Positions 40,495 to 49,659 of a stretch of DNA of 64,000 bases are shown here, in pieces; position 1 is the stretch's first letter; the number at the start of each line of letters is the position of its first letter. The stretch is taken from positions 93,965 through 157,964 of the forward strand of contig OZ253445.1 of assembly GCA_965261165.1 (NCBI GenBank), in the 5' to 3' direction. The position numbers were made by a program, and so were the translations under genes. Below the pieces are notes generated by a model that made no database searches, had not been told where the DNA came from, and worked only from the letters and a program-made list of their open reading frames with translations. Source of the stretch: Gammaproteobacteria bacterium (lineage in GTDB: Bacteria > Pseudomonadota > Gammaproteobacteria > Eutrophobiales > Eutrophobiaceae).

Positions 40495-41565
40495 ATGAAC
40501 CAACCGTTAAAAGTATTTCAGTGCTTTATTTGCCTTATATTCATTTTCTTATCAGGAATGAGTTCTACAGTATATGCAGACGACGGCATGCCTGCGCAAG
40601 TACAAGTTGTTGAGGCGAAATATGTGGAATTGGCACCAAGCCTATGGATTGTTGGGACAATTATCAGTCGTCATGATTCTCAATTATCTTCTGAAGTCGA
40701 AGGTCGAATCGAATCTCTACTTGAAGTAGGGGATATGATAGAAAAAAGCGAGGTTGTTGCTAGCGTTGATGACACAACGATACGCATGCAGATGGAGGAA
40801 GCAAAGGCAGAAATAGCGCCAATTAAGGCCAAGCTTGATTTTTTCAATCGCGAAGTTGAAAGGTTAAACAAACTAGCTAAAGAAAATAATGCCGCAAAAA
40901 ATAGATTGGATGAAGTGAGCTCAGATCGGAATCAAATGCTTGGTGAGCTTAGTATGAAGCAAACGCGCCTAGTTCAGGCAAGGGATACATTAAAGAGGAC
41001 CGCCATCCTTGCGCCATTTGCTGGTGTTGTTGCAGAGCGTTTTAAGGAAGAAGGTGAGTGGGCAAAAATAGGCGATGAATTAGTTCGACTGGTGAATACT
41101 GAAGCGAAAGAAATCCAGGGGAGAATTCAACAGCAGAGTGCTGCATTTATCAAATATGGCGACTCTCTTGAAATAACAGATGGCGAGAGTCAGACGATGG
41201 CAACAGTTAAGACACTGGTGCCTGTCGGTGATGCTGCCTCAAGGCTCTATGAGATACGTCTCGATTTTCAGGGGATGGAGTGGATGGTTGGACATGCTGT
41301 GCGCATCAAGGTACCTACTGGAAAATCTCTAAACGCCTTGGTGGTTCCACGAGATGCTCTGGTTATCAGAGAGAACACCATTAAAGTTTTCCGAATACTT
41401 GAAAACAACGTGGCTGAAGTCATATTTGTAAAGACCGGCATTGCAAATGGGGACCTTATCGAAGTAATAGGTGAGATCAATGAAGGAGATAAAATTGTGA
41501 TCCGGGGTAATGAAAGATTGCGTCCGCAGCAACAAGTCAATATTCAGCAGGTTGAACATAATTAA
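40495..41565 (+). CDS. RND efflux periplasmic adaptor subunit
   Basis: EVEGRI, ILAPFAGVV, VVPRDAL and VIRGNERL motifs. Confidence 0.92.
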   Translation: MNQPLKVFQCFICLIFIFLSGMSSTVYADDGMPAQVQVVEAKYVELAPSLWIVGTIISRHDSQLSSEVEGRIESLLEVGDMIEKSEVVASVDDTTIRMQMEEAKAEIAPIKAKLDFFNREVERLNKLAKENNAAKNRLDEVSSDRNQMLGELSMKQTRLVQARDTLKRTAILAPFAGVVAERFKEEGEWAKIGDELVRLVNTEAKEIQGRIQQQSAAFIKYGDSLEITDGESQTMATVKTLVPVGDAASRLYEIRLDFQGMEWMVGHAVRIKVPTGKSLNALVVPRDALVIRENTIKVFRILENNVAEVIFVKTGIANGDLIEVIGEINEGDKIVIRGNERLRPQQQVNIQQVEHN

Positions 41566-41593
41566 GGCTGATGTTTAATAAGGTTAGTCAGTC

Positions 41594-44500
41594 GTGAATT
41601 TAACCAGATCAAGTCTGGAAAATCATGTGGCTGTTATTGTCGTCCTATTATTGGCGACACTGTTCGGTTCGATCAGTCTTTATCGCCTGCCCATTCAATT
41701 AACGCCTGAGATTCAGGATCCTGAAATTACTATTAAGACGAACTGGCGCGCGGCAGCCCCTAACGAAGTAGAAGCGGAAATCATTGAACCTCAGGAAGAT
41801 GTTCTACGTGGTTTGCCGGGTATGACCAAGCTATTAGCAAAAGCCCAAGAGGGAAGAGGTGAAATTACTATTACCTTCTCCGTTGAAATGGATCTGCGTC
41901 GGGCATTGGTTGAAGTAATTAATCGTCTCAATCAGGTTTCCAGCTATCCTAAAGATGTTGATGAACCCACCATTAGTACCGTTGGCGGAAATGCACGGGC
42001 AATTGCCTGGTTTATCGTCAAGCCCGCAGCAGGCAACGACAAAGATATATCTAGCTACAAGGATTACATTAAGAATGTTATTCAAACCCGTTTTGAACGA
42101 GTTCATGGAGTCGCTCGTTCTGAGATCTATGGTGGTAGAGAGCGTGAAATCAGGATTACTTTTGATCCATATAAAACTGCTAGTCTTGGCATTCAAATTC
42201 CTCTTGCATCAACAATTCTGGATGGCGGTACAGATGTCTCTGGTGGTTTTGTCGATATTGGCAAGCGCGAATATAGTCTTAGATATGCAGGAAAATATAA
42301 TGCAGAAGATCTCAATGAATTAATTGTCAATTGGCGAGAAGGCTATCCGGTTTATTTACGAGATATTGCTGTTGTTGAAGAACGTTTGGTTGATAGAAAT
42401 AGTTTTGTCATTAATAACGGCAATCTATCCATCGCGGTTAACGTGCAAAGAGAAACTGGCGTGAATGTTTTGCAAGTGATGGAAGGATTGCAGGTGGCCA
42501 TGGAAGAACTGGCAGGGGGGGCATTAGCCAAAGCAAATCTTACTATCGAACAGGTTTATGACGAGACGACTTATATTAACCGTTCGATAAAAATGCTGGC
42601 GAATAATCTGGCGATAGGTATTGTTCTGTCCATTATTGTCCTTTGGTGGTTTTTAAGGCGCTTACGCGCCACTTTAGTGGTGGCATTATCTATTCCTGTC
42701 TGTTTATTAAGTAGCTTTATTGTATTGGAAATCACGGGTAGAACGCTGAATGTTATCTCTTTAGCTGGTCTAGCCTTTGCCGTTGGCATGGTACTGGATG
42801 CCTCAATCATCGTATTGGAAAATATTATTCGCTTGCGAGAGAAGGGTAGGGAAGTCAGCGTTGCTTCGCTACTTGGTGCTAATCAGGTTTGGGGGGCTTT
42901 GTCAGCATCTACAATAACCACGGTCGCCATATTTCTACCGGTTGTTTTCCTTAAAGATGAAGCAGGGCAGTTATTTGCAGATTTAGCAATTACCATCACT
43001 TCAGCGATATGTGTTTCTCTGCTTGTTGCTGTTACCGTGATTCCCAGTTTTGCGAAAGAATATATTGGCAATAAGAAAAATATTGACCCACATCATCACT
43101 GGTGGCTGAAAGCGAGCGACATTTTGATGTTTCTAAGCAACAGTCCTGCAAGACGTGCGTTCTGGATTATTATTCTCATTACCGTGCCACTGACTCTTGC
43201 ATGGTCATTCATACCGAAGGCGGATTATTTGCCAGAAGGGAATCGTAATCTCGTTTTTGCCCGTATATTACCTCCGCCAGGCGCCAATATCAGGCAAATA
43301 AAAAAAGAAATGGGCGATGTCATTGCCGAGCGTATTGCTCCTTATGTGGCAGGAGAGAAACAACCTCAGGTAAAACATTATTTCTTCGTTGCCTTTTCTC
43401 GAGGTGTCTTTATGGGCGCCAGGTCTGTTAAGCCGGAAGAAACCGCTGCATTAGTTCCATTATTGAATAGCATTATTCAGGGCTTTCCCGACACCATTGC
43501 CTTTGCCAAACAAGCTTCCTTGTTTGGTGGTTTTGGTGGCGGAAGAAGTATTGATATGGATTTGCATGGTCGTAATATTGCTGAAATTATGAATGCTGCT
43601 AGGAAAGGTTTTGGTCTGATACATCAAAAGATTCCTGATGCAAGCGTGAGGCCATTTCCCGGACTTGAGCTGGGACAGCCTGAATTACGACTCATTCCTA
43701 ATGATAGGCGAATATCTGAAGCTGGTTGGACCAGAGAGCAGGTGGCAGGTATCATCCGCGCGCTGGGCGATGGCTTGTATCTTGGCGATTACTTTAATGG
43801 TGAAGAAACATTGGACATCATCGTTAGATCTAAATCATGGGGTTCACCTGAAGAGCTTGAAGCAATTCCGCTGGCAACGCCTCGTGCCGGAATCTTGCCT
43901 TTGAGTGAATTGGTCAATATTCAAAGGACATCAGGACCGGAAGAGATCCGCAGGATGAACCGACGTCGAACGGTTACCTTGCAGATTACACCGCCTGAAA
44001 ATCTGTCTCTTGAAGAAACCTTGGATATTCTGCGAACAGAAATAGAGCCTGATGTCCGTGCGGCCATGCCGATTGATGGAGATATTAATTATACGGGGAC
44101 TGCGGATAAGCTTGCATCGGCAATCAACAATATAAAAGGAAGCTTTATATTGGCCATATTTATCTTATATTTATTAATGAGTGCACTGTTTAAATCATTC
44201 AAGGATAGTTTATTGGTGATGCTCTCTATTCCATTGGCAACTGTTGGCGGAATCATTGCCTTAAGGATGATGAATACAATTCCCCAGATGCTGTTTAATA
44301 TTTCGGTATTCCAGGCAATGGATCTGTTAACGATGATCGGGTTTATCATTCTTCTCGGTCTGGTTGTAAATAATGCCATATTACTCGTGTATCAGGCACG
44401 TTCAGGAGAGCGAAAAGGATTGTCCAGAAGGGATGCTGTTGAACAGGCCATAAAGATAAGATTACGCCCGATTTTAATGGGTACATTAACCAGTGTATTC

Positions 44501-44689
44501 GGAATGTTGCCGTTGTTGCTCGTGCCAGGGGCAGGAGCTGAATTATATCGGGGATTAGCCGGCGTTATTGTTGGCGGCATGATGATCAGTACTGTTTTTA
44601 CACTGATATTATTGCCGAGCATGCTCCGTATTGGAGAAGGTAGGCAGATTGAAAGCATAGGAAAGAGGGTTGCAATAGACTTTCCATAG
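41594..44689 (+). CDS. RND efflux permease (AcrB family)
   Basis: GMVLDASIIVLENI, GLVVNNAIL and RLRPILM motifs; 1031 aa. Confidence 0.95.
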   Translation: MNLTRSSLENHVAVIVVLLLATLFGSISLYRLPIQLTPEIQDPEITIKTNWRAAAPNEVEAEIIEPQEDVLRGLPGMTKLLAKAQEGRGEITITFSVEMDLRRALVEVINRLNQVSSYPKDVDEPTISTVGGNARAIAWFIVKPAAGNDKDISSYKDYIKNVIQTRFERVHGVARSEIYGGREREIRITFDPYKTASLGIQIPLASTILDGGTDVSGGFVDIGKREYSLRYAGKYNAEDLNELIVNWREGYPVYLRDIAVVEERLVDRNSFVINNGNLSIAVNVQRETGVNVLQVMEGLQVAMEELAGGALAKANLTIEQVYDETTYINRSIKMLANNLAIGIVLSIIVLWWFLRRLRATLVVALSIPVCLLSSFIVLEITGRTLNVISLAGLAFAVGMVLDASIIVLENIIRLREKGREVSVASLLGANQVWGALSASTITTVAIFLPVVFLKDEAGQLFADLAITITSAICVSLLVAVTVIPSFAKEYIGNKKNIDPHHHWWLKASDILMFLSNSPARRAFWIIILITVPLTLAWSFIPKADYLPEGNRNLVFARILPPPGANIRQIKKEMGDVIAERIAPYVAGEKQPQVKHYFFVAFSRGVFMGARSVKPEETAALVPLLNSIIQGFPDTIAFAKQASLFGGFGGGRSIDMDLHGRNIAEIMNAARKGFGLIHQKIPDASVRPFPGLELGQPELRLIPNDRRISEAGWTREQVAGIIRALGDGLYLGDYFNGEETLDIIVRSKSWGSPEELEAIPLATPRAGILPLSELVNIQRTSGPEEIRRMNRRRTVTLQITPPENLSLEETLDILRTEIEPDVRAAMPIDGDINYTGTADKLASAINNIKGSFILAIFILYLLMSALFKSFKDSLLVMLSIPLATVGGIIALRMMNTIPQMLFNISVFQAMDLLTMIGFIILLGLVVNNAILLVYQARSGERKGLSRRDAVEQAIKIRLRPILMGTLTSVFGMLPLLLVPGAGAELYRGLAGVIVGGMMISTVFTLILLPSMLRIGEGRQIESIGKRVAIDFP

Positions 44690-44726
44690 TCAGAATGATT
44701 GAATTTTATAAATATTTTTATATTGT

Positions 44727-45003
44727 GAGACCTTTGTATAATTCGCACCAATTCTACCGAAACAGGTAAAATACGACCATTCTAAAGACCTTAAAGATTA
44801 TTCGTCATGTCTTGAAAAAATATCCTGAAAAGAACCGCCCAAGGTTCGTTCGCAGATGTGCCTTTATGGGCATAAATCAACACAGATTTATGCCGAAAAG
44901 AGCATTATTGTTGCGATAGGCCATATCAATAGCATTGATGTCACTGTTTGCAAGATATTGCCTATATGTTTTGTTCGGTGGTTTTGAATGATGCAAAGGT
45001 CTC
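44727..45003 (+). mobile_element. Internally deleted IS1106-like element (MITE)
   Basis: GAGACCTTTGTATAA ... TGCAAAGGTCTC; transposase-like N-terminal relic MS*KNILKRTAQGSFAD from ATG 44807. Confidence 0.8.
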
Positions 45004-45032
45004 AATATGTTTTTTTAGGTTAAACTTAGGCT

Positions 45033-46541
45033 ATGAAAGCCTCGCTTCAACTAAAAATTGGCCAAGGTATGACCATGACGCCACAGTTGCAACAGGCGAT
45101 TCGTTTGCTACAACTATCGGGCATGGAATTACAGATCGAGATCCAGGAGGCGCTGGAGTCCAACATGATGCTGGAAACAGTTGAAGAGGCTTCCGCTGAA
45201 AATAGTGATGCCGAAAAGTTAGATGAAAATAACCAGGAAGAAAATCTCTTGGACACAACGCAGGAAACGACTTCTCAGACAGAGCCTGAGGATATTCCAG
45301 ATGAGTTGGCTGTTGATAGCGTTTGGGAAGATACCTACGAAAATGGAATCAATGAAAGCAGCACAGGTGCCGCCCAAATTTATGAAAATTCTCAATTCAG
45401 TTTTGAAAATCAAAATAGTCATGATGAAACACTGGGCGAACACTTGCTTTGGCAATTAAACCTGCTATCTATTAGCGATACTGATCGCGCTATTGCCACG
45501 TCTATTATCGATTCGCTGAATGATGATGGTTATTTAAATTCTGATCTCACGGATATTCATTCCTTTTTGAATAAGGAAATTGATGGCGAAAATACGGCAG
45601 CTCAAGAATCAGAAATTGGACTGAATGAAATAGAAGCTGTATTGCATATGGTTCAGGCCATGGAACCAACTGGCGTTGCCGCCAGAAATTTACAAGAATG
45701 CTTGCTATTACAACTATGCCAGCTCAAGAAAAATACTCCAATACTAGCATTGGCTATAGAACTTGTTTCAAAGCACCTTGATTTACTTGCCAGCAGGAAC
45801 TTCAATCAGCTCATGAGGCGACTCAAGCTGGATCAGGAAAAACTACAGGATGTTATTGCTTTAATCCAGTCCATGAATCCTCGGCCGGGGGGACACATAC
45901 ATGAGGCACGTACGGAATATATTGCTCCGGATGCCTACGTCAGAAAGGCCAATGGGCGCTGGAGAGTTGAACTCAATTCAGAATTAATGCCACACTTAAG
46001 AATCAACACCAGCTATGCTAATATGATACGCAGAGCAGATAACAGTAAAGATAATGTCTCTTTGAAATCTCACTTGCAAGAAGCTAGGTGGTTTATCAAA
46101 AGTCTGCAAAGCAGGAGCGAAACCTTGTTACGTGTCGCAACATGTATCGTCGAACGACAGCGCGCCTTTCTTGAATATGGAGAGGAAGCCATGAAACCAA
46201 TGGTTTTACACGATATATCTGAAGCCCTAGGCATGCATGAATCCACCATCTCACGAGTAACGACGCGTAAATATTTGCACACGCCGCGTGGCATATTTGA
46301 ACTCAAATATTTTTTCTCAAGCCAATTGAGCACAAGTCATGGCGAGGAGGCATCCTCAACAGCTATCCGTGCACTTATCAAAAAATTAATTGCTACAGAA
46401 ACACCGCAAAAACCTTTAAGTGATAGTAGAATTTCAGCATTATTGTCGGAACAGGGGATAAATGTTGCTCGCAGGACAATAGCAAAATACAGAGAGGCTA
46501 TGGCAATTCCACCTTCTAATGAAAGAAAACGGCTTGCCTGA
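45033..46541 (+). CDS. rpoN: RNA polymerase sigma-54 factor
   Basis: [21 protein letters not shown] and RpoN box ARRTIAKYR. Confidence 0.98.
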   Translation: MKASLQLKIGQGMTMTPQLQQAIRLLQLSGMELQIEIQEALESNMMLETVEEASAENSDAEKLDENNQEENLLDTTQETTSQTEPEDIPDELAVDSVWEDTYENGINESSTGAAQIYENSQFSFENQNSHDETLGEHLLWQLNLLSISDTDRAIATSIIDSLNDDGYLNSDLTDIHSFLNKEIDGENTAAQESEIGLNEIEAVLHMVQAMEPTGVAARNLQECLLLQLCQLKKNTPILALAIELVSKHLDLLASRNFNQLMRRLKLDQEKLQDVIALIQSMNPRPGGHIHEARTEYIAPDAYVRKANGRWRVELNSELMPHLRINTSYANMIRRADNSKDNVSLKSHLQEARWFIKSLQSRSETLLRVATCIVERQRAFLEYGEEAMKPMVLHDISEALGMHESTISRVTTRKYLHTPRGIFELKYFFSSQLSTSHGEEASSTAIRALIKKLIATETPQKPLSDSRISALLSEQGINVARRTIAKYREAMAIPPSNERKRLA

Positions 46542-46597
46542 TATCAAGTGTTTGATATCGCAATAATAACGATTACCATAAACCGCAGGAGTTAAAT

Positions 46598-46921
46598 ATG
46601 CAAATCAACATCACTGGTCATCATGTCGATATAACGTCCGCTTTACACGCCTATGTAGAAGAAAAATTTGAACGTCTTGAAAGACATTTCGATAATATGA
46701 CAAATGCACATGTCATTCTCGAGATTGAGAAAGACAGGCAAAAAGCGGAGGCCACTATTCATATTAGCAGGGGACAAATCTACGCAGATTCAGAAGATGA
46801 AAATATGTATGCCGCGATAGATAGCCTGACAGATAAACTTGCTCGACAGATCAAGAAACATAAAGAAAAATTAAAAGATCATCATCGTGGTGAAGGGCTT
46901 AAAAATCAGGAAGCTATATAG
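46598..46921 (+). CDS. hpf: Ribosome hibernation promoting factor
   Basis: MQINITGHH and MYAAID motifs; rpoN context. Confidence 0.93.
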   Translation: MQINITGHHVDITSALHAYVEEKFERLERHFDNMTNAHVILEIEKDRQKAEATIHISRGQIYADSEDENMYAAIDSLTDKLARQIKKHKEKLKDHHRGEGLKNQEAI

Positions 46922-46963
46922 CATCAGAGCCACTGATATATAAAAAAATAAACTTAAAATATT

Positions 46964-47410
46964 ATGCAAATATCAGAAATACTTTCTTCTGACAGCATTC
47001 TTTGTGGTCAGATATATTCGAGTAAAAAAATGGCACTGGAAGAATTATCAAAACTTCTGGCTGGTGCTGATTCTTCTATAAACTATATCGAGGTATTCGA
47101 TTGCCTGGTGGCCAGAGAAAAATTAGGCAGTACTGGACTTGGTAATGGCATCGCCATTCCACATGGCAGATTGAAAGGCGGCAAAAAAACTATTGCCGCT
47201 TTTATTCAATTGCAACACGGAATTAATTTTGACGCGATAGATGGGCACCCCGTCGATATTTTGTTTGCACTGCTAGTGCCTGAAGATTCTACCTACGAGC
47301 ACCTAAAAACCCTGTCTCATCTGGCTGAAATGTTTAATAACGCTGAAATAATTGAACAATTAAGGTCAGAAATAAACGTTGATAGAATACACAAAACACT
47401 TACAGAATAA
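46964..47410 (+). CDS. ptsN: PTS IIA-Ntr
   Basis: REKLGSTGLGNGIAIPHGR motif. Confidence 0.93.
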   Translation: MQISEILSSDSILCGQIYSSKKMALEELSKLLAGADSSINYIEVFDCLVAREKLGSTGLGNGIAIPHGRLKGGKKTIAAFIQLQHGINFDAIDGHPVDILFALLVPEDSTYEHLKTLSHLAEMFNNAEIIEQLRSEINVDRIHKTLTE

Positions 47411-47416
47411 TCACTA

Positions 47417-48433
47417 ATGCCGAATATAACCAGTCAAATTACAGTAAAAGAACTCTTTGACAGTCATTCTGAAAAATATGACCTGCAGTGGGTTTCTGGT
47501 CAGCAAGGTGGCGAAAATGTGATCCTGCCAGAAGAGACCAAAGAAAAATCGACGACGATAATGAGAGGTGCAAAGAAGAGCCGCGGCAAAGGGAGGATAA
47601 TAGAAAGTGGCTCGCTGGTTGGCTACCTTAACCTGATACACCCTCATCAAATCCAGATTCTTGGCGGCACTGAGCTGAAATATTTTGAAGGTCTGAGGAG
47701 CATCTCAAAACAAGATGCCATCCGGCAATTATTCGAACCAGCCCCAGCCTGCATTATTGTCTCTGACAAAAAAGCTGTGCCCGCTTTTCTAAAACGAAAA
47801 TGTAACGAATACAGTGTTCCACTTTTTAGCTCCCCGCTGTCCAGCAACAAACTTTCAGATTCATTACATTACTATCTAAATAGTCTGTTTGCCGATGTTC
47901 TGACAATGCACGGTGTTTATATGGAAGTTCATGCCATTGGTGTCTTATTAACCGGGCCAAGTGGTGTCGGTAAAAGTGAGCTGGCTCTGGAGCTGATTAC
48001 TCGCGGACATCGGCTGGTCGCTGACGATGCGCCTCAATTCTCTCGTATTGCGCCAGACATCATTAACGGCACATGCCCAACTGCACTACAGGATTTTCTT
48101 GAGGTGAGAGGCCTAGGTATTATCAATGTTCGTGAATTGTTTGGTGATAGCGCCATTAAGATTAACAAATATCTGAGACTCATCATTCGTCTAGAACCTT
48201 TAAGCAAAAAAAGCATTAAACAAATTGACCGACTGGAAGGTAGTTACACGACGCGAAATATCCTAGATCTGAAGATACCAGAAATTACGGTGCCAGTCGC
48301 GCTAGGCAGAAATCTTGCTGTGTTACTTGAATGCGCCGCAAGAAACCATATGTTGCGGATCAGCGGTTACAACGCTTCTGAAGAATTTACGCAAAGACAA
48401 GCTGACATCATTTCTAGGAAAGGGAAAAAATAG
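47417..48433 (+). CDS. hprK: HPr kinase/phosphorylase
   Basis: HGV, GPSGVGKSELAL, HRLVADD and EVRGLGI motifs. Confidence 0.95.
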   Translation: MPNITSQITVKELFDSHSEKYDLQWVSGQQGGENVILPEETKEKSTTIMRGAKKSRGKGRIIESGSLVGYLNLIHPHQIQILGGTELKYFEGLRSISKQDAIRQLFEPAPACIIVSDKKAVPAFLKRKCNEYSVPLFSSPLSSNKLSDSLHYYLNSLFADVLTMHGVYMEVHAIGVLLTGPSGVGKSELALELITRGHRLVADDAPQFSRIAPDIINGTCPTALQDFLEVRGLGIINVRELFGDSAIKINKYLRLIIRLEPLSKKSIKQIDRLEGSYTTRNILDLKIPEITVPVALGRNLAVLLECAARNHMLRISGYNASEEFTQRQADIISRKGKK

Positions 48434-48635
48434 TGTCAGAGAACAAACAACGACTGGTTGTCATCAGCGGTCTTTTCGGATGCTGGCAAAACCGTCGCCT
48501 TATAGGTCCTTGAGGACTCGGGGGTTATTGCATTGATAATCTGCCGATTGCCCTCCTTGACGAGTTTGGACATCAACTAACAAATATTAATCCATCCCAG
48601 CAGAAGAGATTGCCATCGGCATAGATACCAGAAAT
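48433..48635 (+). pseudogene. rapZ: RNase adapter RapZ, degraded and truncated
   Basis: VVISGL / AGKTVAL*VLED.G.YCIDNLP / IAIGIDTRN; frameshifts and a stop; cut off by an IS fragment. Confidence 0.85.
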
Positions 48636-48636
48636 C

Positions 48637-48998
48637 CTGAACTGCATCATGGATTAGGTAAGGCACGATATTTAGGGTTAGAGAAGGAACAAGGCCTATG
48701 TTAGGCTGATTGCAATGAGTCATTGCCTTTATAGAGAGAGAGGGAGGGCCTTTATAGAGAGAGAGGGAGGGATGAACCTACTGCAACAAATACGTTATCT
48801 GGAGATATATTATGCCTGAATGCTCGATAATGGATAGGTGACAGCTAAAAGCACGTTAATGTAAGAGGTTTTTATGGTGTTGATGTGACGATTGAGGGAA
48901 AATTCTCACAAAACGAAACCTTTTCATGCAAACTTTATAAATAATAATGATGTTGCCCGTATGTTTTGTTCGGTAGCTTTGAATGATGTAAAGGTCTC
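48637..48998 (+). mobile_element. IS1106-like transposase C-terminal relic and right end
   Basis: LHHGLGKARYLGLEK / NKAYVRLIAMSH / MNLLQQ...A* (stop at 48817), then the shared 3' region and TGTAAAGGTCTC. Confidence 0.8.
48726..48771. repeat. Direct duplication, 2 x 23 bp (CCTTTATAGAGAGAGAGGGAGGG)
   Basis: Read directly; interrupts the transposase relic. Confidence 0.92.
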
Positions 48999-49002
48999 AA
49001 TA

Positions 49003-49644
49003 ATGATGAATTATTTCGATTTGAACTGCAGGCAATGCCCGCGACTGGCAACATTCCTTGATGAAGTCAAAGAAAAATACCCTGATTACCATGCCAGGCC
49101 TGTAGCGCCATTCGGTGTGGATAACCCAAGATTGCTGGTCGTCGGACTCGCGCCTGGAATGCATGGTGCAAATGCAACAGGCAGACCTTTCGCGGGTGAT
49201 CATGCAGGCATCCTTCTTTATAAAGCACTATATCAGCATGGTTTTTCTAATCAGGAATCTGCTGTACCTGTTGATGATGCCCTGCAATTAATCAATTGCA
49301 GAATCAGTAATGCCGTAAAGTGTTTGCCGCCCGCAAATAAACCGACGGGGGATGAAATCAATGTTTGTAATCAATTTCTCCGCGCCGAATTAAAAACACT
49401 GTCTCCGGGGACGGTCATTCTGGCATTAGGTCTGGTTGCGCATAGATCTGTCATCAAGGCACTAAATCTTAAACAAAAAGACTATCCTTTTGCGCATGGC
49501 AACACCGCATCCCTAGAAAATGAACAATGGCTGATAGATTCCTATCACTGTAGCCGATATAACACGCAAACACGCCGTTTAACTGAAGAAATGTTCTTCG
49601 ATATTTTCAAGAAATTACTTGAGTTAATTAATATAATTCACTGA
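49003..49644 (+). CDS. Uracil-DNA glycosylase, family 5 (UdgB-like, Fe-S)
   Basis: CRQCPRL, GLAPGMHGANATGRPF, AVKCLPP.NKP and SYHCSRYNTQT motifs; the track's N-terminal extension is IS sequence. Confidence 0.9.
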   Translation: MMNYFDLNCRQCPRLATFLDEVKEKYPDYHARPVAPFGVDNPRLLVVGLAPGMHGANATGRPFAGDHAGILLYKALYQHGFSNQESAVPVDDALQLINCRISNAVKCLPPANKPTGDEINVCNQFLRAELKTLSPGTVILALGLVAHRSVIKALNLKQKDYPFAHGNTASLENEQWLIDSYHCSRYNTQTRRLTEEMFFDIFKKLLELINIIH

Positions 49645-49659
49645 TTATATTATATTTAT

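Noticed and set aside
46540-46560. Hairpin GATATCAA-GTGT-TTGATATC between rpoN and hpf
   Set aside because: Short AT-rich inverted repeat with no T tract; no function can be supported
48892-49002. N-terminal extension of the UDG ORF, and ORF 44948-45184
   Set aside because: Both translate the IS right end (shared MFCSV.LND.KVSI), not real protein
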